Shown here: piece by piece, positions 49,397 through 62,000 of the stretch
How the letters are laid out: each line of letters begins with the position of its first letter
How positions within the stretch are numbered: the first letter of the stretch is position 1
DNA from: Phyllosticta citribraziliensis
Taxonomy: Eukaryota
Direction: 5' to 3'
DNA length: 64,000 bases
Assembly (NCBI RefSeq): GCF_038025025.1
Contig: NW_027117350.1
Span: forward strand, 1,178,001-1,242,000
Translations under genes and position numbers: made by a program
The notes under the pieces: generated by a model
Seen by the model: the letters and a program-made list of their open reading frames with translations, nothing else
Told to the model about the DNA's origin: nothing
The model's database searches: none

Positions 49397-50327
49397 CTAG
49401 GAGGTTTGTGAAAGGCGGTCCGAGGCGGGTATGCTCAAATTCCAGTCTGTCTTCTGCCCCGTGCGGTCCATTTCCGCCGACGCCTGCTGCAGCACCGCCT
49501 CGAGCACTTGGCAGAGGCGCCTGCTCTGAACCCCCGCGTCTCTGGTGAGAGCCGTCTCTGTCTGTCGGAGCTGGAAGCTCTGTGCGTCGAGTGCGGCCGC
49601 GAGCGTATTTGCTGTGTCCGCGTCCACTTGTCTTGTTGGCCGCGACAGCGCGAGCGTGTAGCTCCAGCTCGCCGCCACATGGCGTCCTCGGAGGCGCTGG
49701 TGACTTTGGGGAGCTTCACCGAAAGCGGCGACAGCTGCGGGGCAGTGTTGTGCTTTGAGCCAATCTTCTTTGGTTGGATGTGCTCCGCGTGTTTTGGCAG
49801 GGCGCCATTGCTGAGCTCTGGGGGGCCGGAGATCCACTCGTGAATGAGGAAGAGAAGAGGCACAATGCGACACAGGCAAGCCTGCCTATCAAGCACTGCT
49901 GGAGCCGAAGCCGCGTGAGGTAGACCGCATGGGCTGCGAGCTGGTGTGGAAATTGTGAGAGCCGAACGAGGCCTGGCGCGCCTGCGGCGCTGGGTACCGC
50001 GCGTACAGATGCTTCTTGGCCGGGGACAGGTGAGGTCTGCAATGCTCGTCTGCGAGGCACCCGTGCGGGCGCCAAGCGGACCTGAAGTGCTTCGGACCTC
50101 CTGTGGTGTGCCGGGTGTAGGCGTAGCAGTGTGGGCGTGCGACGGTTGTGGCAGTACTCCAGAGTCGCCTTTTGGCATTCTTGGTCGGGCTGAGAAGTTG
50201 GGGCAGTACTTTCGATGACGCGAGCGTTGTCGGGCTCGATGAGGCGCTGCAGTTCGGCGAGATGGTGCGCGAGTTCTGGCGGCGGCAGCGAAGACGTATG
50301 GTGGTGGTGGTGGTGGTGGGCCGTCAT
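49397..50327 (-). CDS. Hypothetical (possibly disrupted) gene divergently transcribed from the CenH3-like gene
   Basis: ATG at 50327 (MTAHHHHHHH..), continuing into the helical ORF that ends at 49397. Exon structure uncertain; no family recognised. Confidence 0.35.
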
Positions 50328-50635
50328 GGTCGTTTCGGTCGAGGATGATGGCCTGGGGCGACGACCGTGTGAGCGTCGAGCATGACGCGCAAGCAAGCGA
50401 GAAGATGAAGTGGCAAGGAAATGCACAGGAAGTGTGACACGGAGTGAGGGAGTGAGGGTAGACGCAGATGGATGGACGGACGAAGAAAACGACAAACCTA
50501 CCGACATGTACAGGCTGGCACCTGCGGCTTGTTTGCTCCATGCCTGAGGCCGAGAGCGACGACGACGATTGTCTACATATTTAGTTTCTTGGACCTTCAT
50601 CAACCTCTTTCGATCCTCCATCCACTCAATCAAAA

Positions 50636-51148
50636 ATGGCACGATCCAAGCTCGGGAAGCCGTCGAAACGAAGCCTCTCACAGCGTATGTCCGACAACAC
50701 CACAGCCAACACACTGCACATTGCTGACACACAGTTCGCACGCGCAGCTGGCGACCCCACCCCTCGGCCGCCGGTCAGGCGTCGCAAGTCCAGTGCCGTT
50801 GCCATCAGGGAAATCAAAGCATGCCAAAAGTCGACCGACCTCTGCCTGCGCAAGCTGCCCTTCTCCCGCCTGGTCAGTATGCCACAGACACAGCCACACA
50901 CACATACACACAACTGACCAACACGGTACCAGGTGCGGGAGATTGCTCAAGCAATGACGGATGGCGCCAGCGGGGTGACGCGGTGGCAGGTCAAGGCGTT
51001 GGAAGCGCTGCAGGAGGCGGCCGAGGCGTACCTGGTCGGTGTGATGGAGGACACCAATTACTGCGCCCAGCATGCCCGTCGCCAGACTATCAAGCAGGTT
51101 GACATGCAGTTGGCGAGACGGATCCGCGGTCGGTTTGAGGCCCATTAA
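50636..51148 (+). CDS. Divergent centromeric histone H3 variant (CenH3/CENP-A-like), 3 exons, 129 aa
   Basis: Exons 50636-50684, 50748-50872 and 50933-51148 give [129 protein letters not shown]. Confidence 0.85.
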
Positions 51149-51393
51149 CAGTAATTCCGTCCGCGGCAGCGGCACAACATACATTGGTTGATTGGATAGA
51201 GACAAACCGACAGGGGAGAGGGAAGCTCTACAGGAAGGAGAGGAGGCTTGCGGCCGTCGAAGATGGGGATAAGCACTGAATTCATGCAGATTGACGTGCG
51301 CTGTGTGTGCTTTAGCTTCTTGTGTGAATCTGCCCAATGTCATTGAATGTAGTAGTATCAGCAGACTAACCCAGACATATGACTCGCCACTAC

Positions 51394-52275
51394 CTAAGCA
51401 AGCTCGTCCTCTCCGTCCTCCTCATCATCATCATCATTATCATCATCATCGTTCAGCTTCTTCACCAGCCGGTTGTACTGGGTAATGGCCATTGCCTCAG
51501 AAACTCCCAGCTCTTCCGCAATGCCTTTGAACTTGAATCCTTTGCGGCGTTGGCCCAGGAGGTGGTCCTTTTCGGCCTGGGTCCATCTTCGGTATGATTG
51601 ACTGTCGCCACCGGTGGCCGAGCGACCCTTCTGGACGTCGTAGAATCGTTGCCTCGCTGCTTGCAGCGTGCGCCCGGGCATGTGCGCTGGAACAATCTCT
51701 GCCCACGGCACCTTCTTGTCCCGCAGCTCTTTCATCCTCGCGTCCTCCTCGGGGGTCCAATTGCCAAATTTCAGGGCGCTGGCGTCGATGGGTTCGATGC
51801 CTTCCTTGGTTGTTGTCGTGATGGCGGGCCGAATCGGCACATTTGTTGTTGTCCTTGATTCGGAAGAGTGAGTATGAAGCATGTCAACAACAATCGACCC
51901 TTGGTGAACTTACTCGTGCTTGTCCTCTTCTTCTGCCTCGACATGACTGTCCATCCTCTCCTCGTCCTCCTCGTCGTCCTCTTCGCCCTCCTCTGCCTCC
52001 AGCGTGTCGTCCATCCTTTCCTGCGGGGTTTCATCTTGACTGCAAGCGTCATCCCAAGCCAGAGCGGCGAACGGCCCCTCCTCCGGGTAATCTTCCATGC
52101 CTGCAAGGTACCCGTGGTCTTGCACCAGATCGCCAGTCGCCAAATCCACCACGTCGTCTGCGCCGTCACCGTCGTCTCGCGCATACTTTGCGAGGAAAGC
52201 GTCGGTGAAAATAGCATCTGCCCATGCTGGCGGCAGCAGCGGTGATGGCGCTGCGGCCTGGTCGTGGGGAGGCAT
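51394..52275 (-). CDS. Scm3/HJURP-domain CenH3 chaperone fused to two Myb/SANT repeats, 2 exons, about 273 aa
   Basis: Exon 52275-51914 has 'FLAKYARDDGDGADDVVDLATGDLVQDHGYL' (Scm3-like KY..D.IDL.TGEIV.DNGHL) and an acidic tract. Intron 51854-51913 keeps frame. Exon 2 has 'WTPEEDARMKELRDKKVPWAEIVPAHMPGRTLQAARQRF' and 'WTQAEKDHLL..KFKGIAEELGVS'. Confidence 0.78.
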
Positions 52276-55200
52276 CGAGTAGGATGGCGGTTGATGGATC
52301 TGCAACGATCTGGTTTGGCGTGAAGAACGGAGGAGGTACTGGCGAAGGAGTCGTTGTTTGCTGCGTCATTGTTTGCTGCACCTAGCTAGCTGGGTCTTGT
52401 GCGGAACCAGGCAGTCGGCCAGCTTGCCCCCAGGAAATCCCTTCCCACGAGGCCACACGAGGCGTTTCGCGTCGAAGGCGGAAAGAGTCGGCGCCAGTCT
52501 CTTCGCATGATCAATGGTGTGGGTTGTTGAATATTCAAGATTATTGGATCGTCTCGTTCGTTGGTGTTGACGGTACCACCGGCGACGAGCTTACCTTACC
52601 CCTTTGGGTTTGGCGCGTCGGCGCGGCCGACCCCGGCTGTCCACCCATCATCCCCGCCCCTCGACGCGACTCTCGCAACTATCTCCATCCCAACTCTCCA
52701 CACCCACCAGAAGCTGTGAACGCGCCTGAATCCACGCTTGCTTGCGCCTCCGGCAACGCCACCCGTCTCTCGCGTCTTGCAATCTACCGCCTCGTGTGCT
52801 GTCGCTTTTCGCTCGATCCGTCCAACCCCACCATCTCGTCCGTCAAACATGCTGCCGCAGCCCGAGGGGAATACACAAATACAGTTGGAGGTCGAGGGTA
52901 CATGAGCTGTGCTTGGATAGCACAGTGAGGACAGAGGAAGAGATGGAACAAGATTGATTCTTTGGATTGGCCACGACGCCTACCGTGTTTCGCCTTTGCT
53001 CGACGTCGCTCCGTATGCCAACGACAGCCGCAACAACCTCTGTGTCTATTACCGTGCGTGCGCCTGTCACGATAGAGGATGGAGCATGTCCTTTGACACG
53101 TTGACGCCAGGGCCCATGAGATGTATCTCTCTCTCGTCTGGCTCCCCCCTCACAGCTGTAAAGACGGAGCACGCTTCGGCTTCGAGGTCCGTCAGCTCTG
53201 GCGTCATTATTTGCTTCGAAGTCGTCGGCTTGAGGTCCTGCAGCTCCGGCATCATATGCTTCTTTATGGCGGAGGCGGCGAAGGTCCTGCAGCTCCGGCA
53301 CCATCCGCCTCTTCATGGCGCCAAAGTCGTTGACGCGGAGTTTGGGCTCTGCCTCTACCCCCTCTCCCGCCTCCTCCATCCATGTTGCCTTTGAGGAAGA
53401 CGATGGCCACGTCCTGCCTTTCATTGTCGCTGCCCAGGTATGGGAGCTGTGGGCGTAGTTCTGAGAGGACCCGATGGATTACAAGGCGATAGATAATAGA
53501 GGCCAGGACCTGAATGAAGGCGCGCGTCGGAGAAGGCGTGGCGGCAAGTCAAGCAAGCTGCTCTGCATCGTTAACATTTATACCAGGAGTCAAACAACAC
53601 ATGTCTACGCGCTCAGAATGACTGCCATCTGATCCGCCGCCGTTCTTTCACGAAAGACTCGGGGTCGCGACAAAAGAGCAGGGCACACCGCCCAACCCTT
53701 GAAACAGCCTGCCTTCGCCTCCTCCATGCAACCCGTGTGAAGCTTTTGGTCCATCCATGACGATCCTCGATCTCTACCTGGCTGTTCTTTCGCGGTGCCG
53801 AGCGTGGCCTCATCCAACTTGCGACCCTCCTTTTCCAATGCGCCCGGACACCTCCCACCTTTCCCACGGCGCTCCATCATCCGTCTCCATCCAAGCCCTC
53901 TGGCAATGAAAAAAACAGACACAAGGGATTTGGCTTTACACGGGTCTGTCACCACAATCGACAAGCGACACATTAAATTCCATCTTCCTCCCATCATCCA
54001 CCCTCGAAAAGTCTCTGCACACGAGCATCAATCAAAAGCCGCGAAGAGTTACTCCGTCGAGTTCCAGTATCGGCTAGAAGCCGAGCCTGACAAGCTCAAC
54101 TCTCGGATCCCTTAGGACAGCCGGCGCGTAATCCGCAGCAGGAGGCGGGACATCGGCGGAAAAGGAGTAGTGCATGGCCGACGGGGGATGCACAAGGGGC
54201 ACGTCAGTCGTGATGGTTTCCAGCCGCATGGCAGACCGCACGGTCCAGGCAAAGGCGTTGGCGTAGCCGTCTCCGCGGTGCATCAGGCGGCGCGACCTTG
54301 GGCGCGTCCCGCGCGTGTCTGCTGCGACGCTGAACGGGCTCCCCAGTCGTCCAAGCATCTTGTGCGGCGTTTGCGTTGTTGAAAGCCACTCCCAGTAGCA
54401 GTGGGCGCATGCGCAATGGGGCTGGTGGGAAATTGCTGGGTTGTACAACGGAATCCATGGATTAATGATGGGTGCTTTGTAAGGTTGAGAGCGGCTTTGC
54501 TGTTGTGTTTATGCTTAGCTTTCGTCTAACTTGCAAGTTGTTTTGGTGGTGAATACCCTTGAACGTGTGCTGCCCTTGGCAAACTGCAGGTGCTGGGTGT
54601 GTCGCGGCATTTTGAGTCCGCGTCTTCAATCTGAGCGGTTGAGGAACAGGATGGTCGCCAGGTGAGGAGGTGAAGACTGCTATATGTATCATTTCTCCTT
54701 TCTCTTTTCTTTCCCCATCAAACAATTAATGACAAGTCTAATGGAATTTGTTTTTAAGGCGAATGAGGCGCAAGCGGGGCCGCCGCTTCTTTCTTTTTTG
54801 TCAAGTGGCCAAAAGCAGTAACTCTGAGCGTCCACATCATGATGATCCATGCACAGGAAATGAAGGATGTTTGCGTCTGTAGCTGCGCTAAGCAGGGGTT
54901 TGCCCCCGCATGCATAGAATTTGTGGAGTAGAACTGAAACGGGAAAAGGAAAGAAAGGAAGAGATAGGGACTGGTAACAAGTTCCGCCACAGCCTTCGTC
55001 CTCCACCTCATGAATATCAACTGAGAATCGTTGCTGAAGGCCTAACGGTTGACATTGGCAGGCGCTGTCTCTTCCCACGCTCCCTTGTCCCCGTCGCGGA
55101 TATCCATCTCCGTGGCCCCAAAAGACGATATGGCGCGTGGAAACGCCGTTGCTGAAGCTTCTGAGGCTCCGAACGCCCCAGAAACCTCTGTTTCTTGCTG

Positions 55201-56399
55201 CGGCGCAGTCTCTTGCGCTGGTAGCTCGCGGTGGTAGTTGCGGCTGTGGAAGCGTCGGTAGCAGCAGCAGCAGCAAAGCGGCAGAGGCTGTAATTGGGAT
55301 AGAATGGGAGGAATATGTGGTGGTGGAAGCGTAGATGGGACCTGCCGATGCAGAGGTGGGATGCTGAGAAGGACGAACGAGACCAGAGGGCTGACCGATG
55401 GGAGACCTACCTAGGAAGCAGGGGTTTCTATGGGAGTACGCCGGCGCGATGAAGCGTCGTATCTCGTTTTGCGGCTGGCTGGACCACATGCCATTCATCA
55501 TCCTTTTCTAACGACAAGCACGCCAGCTCCTGGCACGCTTGGAGTGACACCACGGCCCACCAACTCATCCAGTATTCTTGGCTAGGCCTCTTTCGACGGC
55601 GTCTGCATACTCGCGATCGGGGGTTTTTGTGCGCCTCGAGGAGGATGTTGATCGGCTGTTGACGTATATCCCAGTCAACCTGGACCTATGAAATGTCACC
55701 GGTGCGGGCGAGCAAAAGGTTCTGCTGCAGCCTCTCTGAGGATGCGTCTGTGGCCGCCTGGCCGACCGTATTGGGAGCCTTGACAAAAAGATGTGTCGGC
55801 TCAGCGAGAAGACCCGCGGCTCGACCTCGAACCAAGTGCGACCAGCGCGTTGTTTCCGGAACTGTGAGCGGGCTGGATTGAGGTCTTCTGATGCTGCTTG
55901 TGTGGGCGCAGTTGGAGCGGTGCTGGTGGTGGCGATGCTAGGTTTCGACCCGGGGCCAGGCTGGCTGTTGCTGTGGGTGGTTTTCTCTGCCATCATGACG
56001 GGCGGATGAGGACGAGGACCTAAACCCTTCAGCCAAGCAAGCCGCCACCCCAGCCGGGCAGGTAGTCTCAGCCCAAAGTCTCCTCTGTCGTCGTGATGTA
56101 GAACCGATGGAGCAACTGGCCTGCGCCAAGCCGCCAGCGCAGTTGGGAGGAGTCATTGTCGCCATTTTTGCTGTGCCTGCAATGGCGGTGGTGGCAGCGG
56201 CGGCTCAGGCGTCGTATGTGGATGGCACGGCGAGAGAAAGAGAAAGAGATGTTCGCGCAGTTGAGGCGGGCGTGGGCGTGGGAGCGGGCATGGTGATGGA
56301 GGTGACGGCACGGTACAGTAGCGCGCAAGGATCTGTTGTATGCAGCGGTAGGGAGAAAAGCTAGGTCCAGGTAGCAAGGTAGTGCTTATGTAATGTCGT

Positions 56400-56730
56400 T
56401 TCTCGCTGGCGAGTATGGCCATTCCCGCTGGCGAGTATGCCATTCCCGCTGGCGAGTATGCCGGTCACGTGAGCGAGAAAGCCATACTCGCCGGCGAGTT
56501 TGCCATTCCCGCCGGCGAGTATGGCGGTCACGTGAGCGAGTGGCTGAGTCACCCGCTGGCGAGTATAATTCCCGCTGGCGAGTATGGCCATTCCCGCTGG
56601 CGAGTTTGCCATTCCCGCTGGCGAGTATGCCGGTCACGTGAGCGAGAAAGCCATACTCGCCGGCGAGTTTGCCATTCCCGCCGGCGAGTATGGCGGTCAC
56701 GTGAGCGAGCGGCTGAGTCACCTGCTGAGA
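56400..56730. repeat. Palindromic minisatellite array 4 with a 169-bp higher-order duplication
   Basis: Same modules and orientation as the main block of array 3; ggtcacgtg at 56463 and 56632, gagtatggcca at 56411 and 56580. Confidence 0.93.
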
Positions 56731-57040
56731 TAACTAGCGGGTCCGGTCCGGTCCCATCGCGTTCGGTTCCTTCAGACGGTCGCGGTGTCACGTGATTTCG
56801 CGTTGCGGGCCGACCTGGAGTCTCTCAGGGACCTGAGGTGAGGTCGCGTCGGCAGGTCACGCACTGCTACTGAAGGTAAGGTAAGGTACATGTAGTGACA
56901 CCCTCTCTCGCTCCACTCTCGTCCACTTCATCCATCATCGATCGCTGCAATCCTCCCGCCGCCTCGCCAGCTTCACCCTCATCGCCCGCCCCTGCTCCCC
57001 TTATCCGCCATCCATCCGCTCGCTCACTGCACTCGTCCGT

Positions 57041-57400
57041 TGGAGATGCTTGCTCAGAGAAGTACTCCTCCCGCCGCTTCACTCCTTCAGAGCTGTACTG
57101 ACTGGTACGCTTGGAAGAAACACCTCACCGCTTGGCCGCTGTCCTCTGCATTCGAAGCCGTCCATCTCTTGGCTCTTCCATGGGAGATGCTTCTCAGACA
57201 AGTACTCCTCCCGCCGTCCTCTCCTTCAGAGCTGTACTGACCGATACCCGACAGGCCGGACTCTACGTTGAAGGAAACACCTCGCCGCCCGGCCGCTCTC
57301 CTCTAAGCCTCAAAGAGGCGCTCCTCTCTTCGTGCGTTCTTCCGAACTGTACGAAGTCTGCATCAAAGGAATCACCTCGCCGTCTGGCCGCTGTCCTCAA
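57041..57400. repeat. Degenerate tandem repeat of about 140 bp (2-3 copies) within a decayed ORF
   Basis: ggagatgctt..aagtactcctcccgccg..tccttcagagctgtactga..aaacacctc..ggccgct recurs at about 57042 and 57183, and partly at about 57345. Confidence 0.75.
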
Positions 57401-58856
57401 ATCCACCAATCTTGGCCCTCCAAGCTACACTCCGACGTTTCCGCGCTGTTGTCCTGGATTGCCTTCTGGCCCACATCATTTTCCTCGGCATACATCAAGG
57501 ACATCTTGGGCACGGTGAGATGGGCGACCATTCCCAACAGCCATCATGGCCTCAAGGTTGTTTTGCCGCAAGGCTCCGTTAACAGCTTCTCAAAACTGAC
57601 TGACTACTACGCGCAGGATATCCCCTCCGCGGGCTCATCGCGTCATCGGTATCGCTCAAGTTGCCTCAAAGGTCCTCGTTTCGTCGTCAGCAGGGGTATT
57701 TCCAGAGAATTACGCCTCCCTCAACCTCACCCTCTCTCGTTTATACTGATTTGTAGGTTGCAAGTCTTATGTCCGCACCTAACCCTAGCGAGGCAGATCG
57801 GACGATGCGACGCGACACGACAGAAACCGGGCATTGTCTAATTCCAGCCATATACATGTTCACTTCAGCTTCTTCCCTCCTGTCCCCCCCCTCTGTTTCT
57901 GTGCCGGGTCATCAGCCCAAGATCGCGAACCTCCTCGCCGTTCTGACAAGCTACCAGGGGCGGCAGCCGGCCCTGTGTGTTTCACTGGCGAGGAGAGAAT
58001 GCTGGGGGTCGCTTTGAGTCCTCGATGAGCCTCGACAGCGGACAATTCACCGGCAAGCTCACGAGCTGTACGAGCCTCGCCTCGCCGTACGTCGTCGATA
58101 AACGCCTACGAGCTTCAATAGGCCGCTACCTCAAATTTCATTTCGATGACATGAAGGAATTGGAAAATGGCACAAGGACGCGAGGAGCCGGGATGTCCTG
58201 TTAGCGGTGGTGTAGGTTGAGGGACGGGAGGCGGAAAGCAACATCGTCATGCATCTAGAGAACATAAAATCCACTCAACCTCAGATGATGCCTTGACCTG
58301 CCTCTGGGATCTTGACAGGTCATTCGATTAGTCGGTTGTGGGCGCACGATCTGCCACGGCGATGCGCTGCTTGCTAGCATTCGGCTTCTCGATGACCCAC
58401 AAAACACGGCTCGTGCGTTGGCTGGAGGACGGAGAAGGGATGATGGACCGTGGATGGATTAAGAGACAACGTCATAATCAGTGTTGGTTAACGGAGAAGA
58501 GCGCGGACGAGAGATAAAATAAACTACCCTACCTTCTTCTTCTCCGTGCACTTCAACTTAGCCCTTCTCTTCCTATCTCTACCGCTCATCTTGCTGCACA
58601 TAATAATAAAGAAGACGCCGTCAGCTAAGATTTAATCAAAGATGAGGATAAGGAAGTAAAGCAGGTAGTCCTACTAATGCTGCTAGTGATTTATTAAGGT
58701 AGGGAGAGCGAGTAATTATACTAACTATAACACTATGTCATGCTATAAATATAGCCGTCTATGAGAAAAGCCATCATGGTAGTGGGTGCCACTTGAATTT
58801 GTTTGAGGGTTGGCCGAGATCACGGTTAGTCGGGAGAGGAGGTTAAGGGTGCCTGA

Positions 58857-59020
58857 CTGATTTTAATTTGCTGGTATTGGTGGAGCCCCGGGACGCTCCC
58901 CTGTGGAAGCCTTCGAGCTGCCCAACTGATTTTGATTTACTGGTGTTGGTGGAGGCCCAGGACGCTCCCCTATAGAAGCCTTCAGGCTGCCCGACTGATT
59001 TTGATTCGCTGATGTTGGTT
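58857..59020. repeat. Tandem repeat of about 68 bp (2.3 copies)
   Basis: ctgatttt..ctggt.ttggtggag..ggacgctcccct..gaagccttc..gctgccc repeated. Confidence 0.85.
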
Positions 59021-62000
59021 GAGACGATGGCTTTATGTTCGCAATTGGCCTCGGTATTGGAGGAGGTGGTGGATTAAGTAGAAGATCACTGCTATGGACG
59101 AAAGCCCTAAGGATAGCGTGGAGAGATGAGGGTCTTTTAGATCTGAGACTGACGAATCTGTCCTCGTATCCTGCGAAAGGGGCTGTGGACGAGAGTGTGA
59201 CGCTGTTCTTGTCGCCTTAAAGCAAGTAGAAAAAAGGGGACTTGAAGTTATTCCCCGCAGAGTCCGTCCACACTGTCGACGGTGCCTCGCACGCGCTGTG
59301 TCCGCCTTCCACAGGCCTCGCCTACTGGGTCAACGTGTGGAAGGGAGAGTACGGCCGCTTTCAGGCGCAGGAGGAGACGGCGCGAGCTTGCATGATTGGC
59401 CAGCAGGCCGCCCGCGCGTCGGCCACGCCATCGGCACGGTGGCCATTCGGCTAGGTAGCCAGGCTGATGTCGTGCAGGCCAGCTCAGTTTGCTGGACGGA
59501 CTGGAGCGCAACACGCGGCGTCGAGCCACTCGGTTCTTGCGGAATAGTGGCGAGTTCGAGCATCATGCGCTCGGATTCAGGAGCAGGTGACTGGAGCCAG
59601 CTAAAGGTCCCCCTCCTTTGTGCGTAGACCACAAGAAAGACGACCTGGACATGTCCATTCTCGTGTTAGTTTCCGTCGCAAAAGCTCCGCCCTCACCGAC
59701 GGCGCCGCCGCCCTATGAGCCCTCCCGATGTCCAATTCCAGGACTTGGCTAAGAGCGGCGCTAAGAGATTGAAACATGGACCGAGGCCAGTGAGTAGCCC
59801 AGCGTGCGCATGGTGGAGACGAGGGACGGGACTTTGGCAGACGCGTTTTATAGCGGGGAGCGGCGCCAGCAATTTGCGGGCGCTTTGCCGCTGACATGAT
59901 GTCCTAGCATGCCGCCGTGAGTCGTGCGTTGTGAAATACACCGGCGGGCTCGAGGGAACGCGTTGCCACAAGATGGTTCAATCATGGCCGGCGTCAAACG
60001 CCACTAGTTGTGGAGAGTAAAGTAAGAAAAAGACGCCAGTTCCTTTGAGACGCTCAAGCTGCTTGAGCGAGTTGGATGGTAGATTAATAGATGAGAGAAG
60101 GCAGGTTGTAGCAAGGGGTAGGTCTGAAGGCAGTATAATGTAAGAGCAGCTAGTGTGCCTGTCTAGAGGGTAAGTAGAGAGGTTAAAGCAGCATGGAGAA
60201 GTCGTGGTTGGGCCTTTCACTCATCCAGGCCTGGTGGGCAAGGCATCATAGACACGGTCGTTGTGTCGTTGATGTCGTGGCTTGCGGCTGTAGAGAGTCA
60301 AAGATGGCGGGGGGATGGGAACCCGGACGATGCGACGCGACCGGACTGAGTTTTATCCGAAATGGCGCACTCCCATGGATCCATCCATTAATCTGATGAG
60401 TGCAAGACGCGTCGTTGCGTGGAACGGTTGGGTTGATATGAGGAAATGACGAGAGGGAAAGGGACGGCGCGCGCGAGGAAGCGTGGGCAGGCCGGGCGTC
60501 GCGACGGTAAGGATAACTGACTGCCTAGAAGTAGGCGGCTCAAGCTGCGAGAGAGAGAACAAGGTAAGTTGGATAAGAGAATAAGGGCCCACGTCAGTTG
60601 AGGTGGATGACAAGATACAGCGTCTTGACCGACGGGGCTGGGGCCTTAGACATGGTGGACATTGACAACGTTCAGGGATAGTGGAAGAGTACTCATTGCT
60701 TGCTGATGAGGCGGACGTGGAGCAGAGCTGAGATGGTAAAGGAATCCATATCCGGAGACTGACTACTCCCGTTCTTCCCCCCCCTGCATCTTTGACAACA
60801 GTCGCTGGGTGCCGCAATGACGAAACAACACCATCACCACTCCTGAAATCTTGTCGCTTCGCCGTCGGGCTTCGCCTGCATCGGTGGTGGTGATCGTGGT
60901 GGTGTTCGACAGCCTGGGAATTGGCCTGGGAGGCGTGGTAGGAGCAGAGCTAACCCCGTTTTGGCCATGTTGAGGCAGCGCGACGTGGTAGGTGCTAGTC
61001 AAGATTGATGTGACGTGGTGGTGGAAGAGGTCTGAGAAGAGGACCGGGAAGTTGTCGTGTATCCACCGCCCGCTCCGCATTTTCCTCCGGACCCAGCACT
61101 CCCGTCGGACAACGTCAACTGCAAAGGTAATTTTCAGATCCCGGGTGTGGGCGAGGTGCATCAGGGTGGGAAGCTTTGCTACTGCGAAAGCGTAAGATTA
61201 TCAGCGGTGGAAATTCAGCATTTAACCACCCTTCCTCGTCCGCCGTCGACGCAGGGAAGTTTTCTGACAAACTCGACCACCTCCTATTACAAAAATACAT
61301 GTCACCCGGAGTGCTAATATATGTCTTTCTCCTTTTCAGATGCGGGCGGATGGGTCAAATATTCAAGACTTTGGCGGCGGCAACAGAGACGGTGGCGGCA
61401 GCAGAGGCGGCGCTCGCGCATGGGTTTGGCGCCATTTTCAGGAGGGTCGTGAGCAGAGAAGTCTGCCTTGATACTGAATATTTTGGCGGCGCTAAGGTAC
61501 ATGTAGGAGTAGACCTGTAGGAACCCAAGGAACCACACCAACCACGGCGGCCTTGCACCGTGGTTTCACGGGTCCGTCCGACGACGCTGGAGTGGTGGCA
61601 ATATGCATGACGCGAAGTCGTCATCATATCCGGGGCGGGCATTCGGGGCCAAGTCCATGGTCGGTCCGCACCAGGGTCAAAGCAGAGGGAGAGTCTGGCC
61701 GGGAACGAAGGTGTTGACGACGAGGACGAATCCCGAGCGTGGCGGTCCTTGGTTTTGTCAAGCAGAGGGACCGGAGAATTGTGGATACATTTAAATTACC
61801 ACAAAATGGTCAAGGCTGCTCTTGCTGGCGACTAAATTGCAAACTGTTTTTTGCAGAGGTACGGCAGCCATCTGAAGTCGTTAAAATACTGATCCGTCTG
61901 GTCTGTATATCCCAAATGGCAAACGCGCAAGTAGCAAAGCACCTGAGAATGGTTCCCGTGCTTTCTGCAGAAGCTCTGACTTTGTACAAGAGGGCTCTTG

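Noticed and set aside
50636..51148. Canonical histone H3 gene
   Set aside because: It lacks the ARKSTGG/ARKSAP tail, Q68, F84 and the ERA C-terminus, and no H4 partner is adjacent.
54960..55060. Vid24/GID4-like 'IFMRW' motif
   Set aside because: It is a five-residue match and the following sequence does not fit the family.
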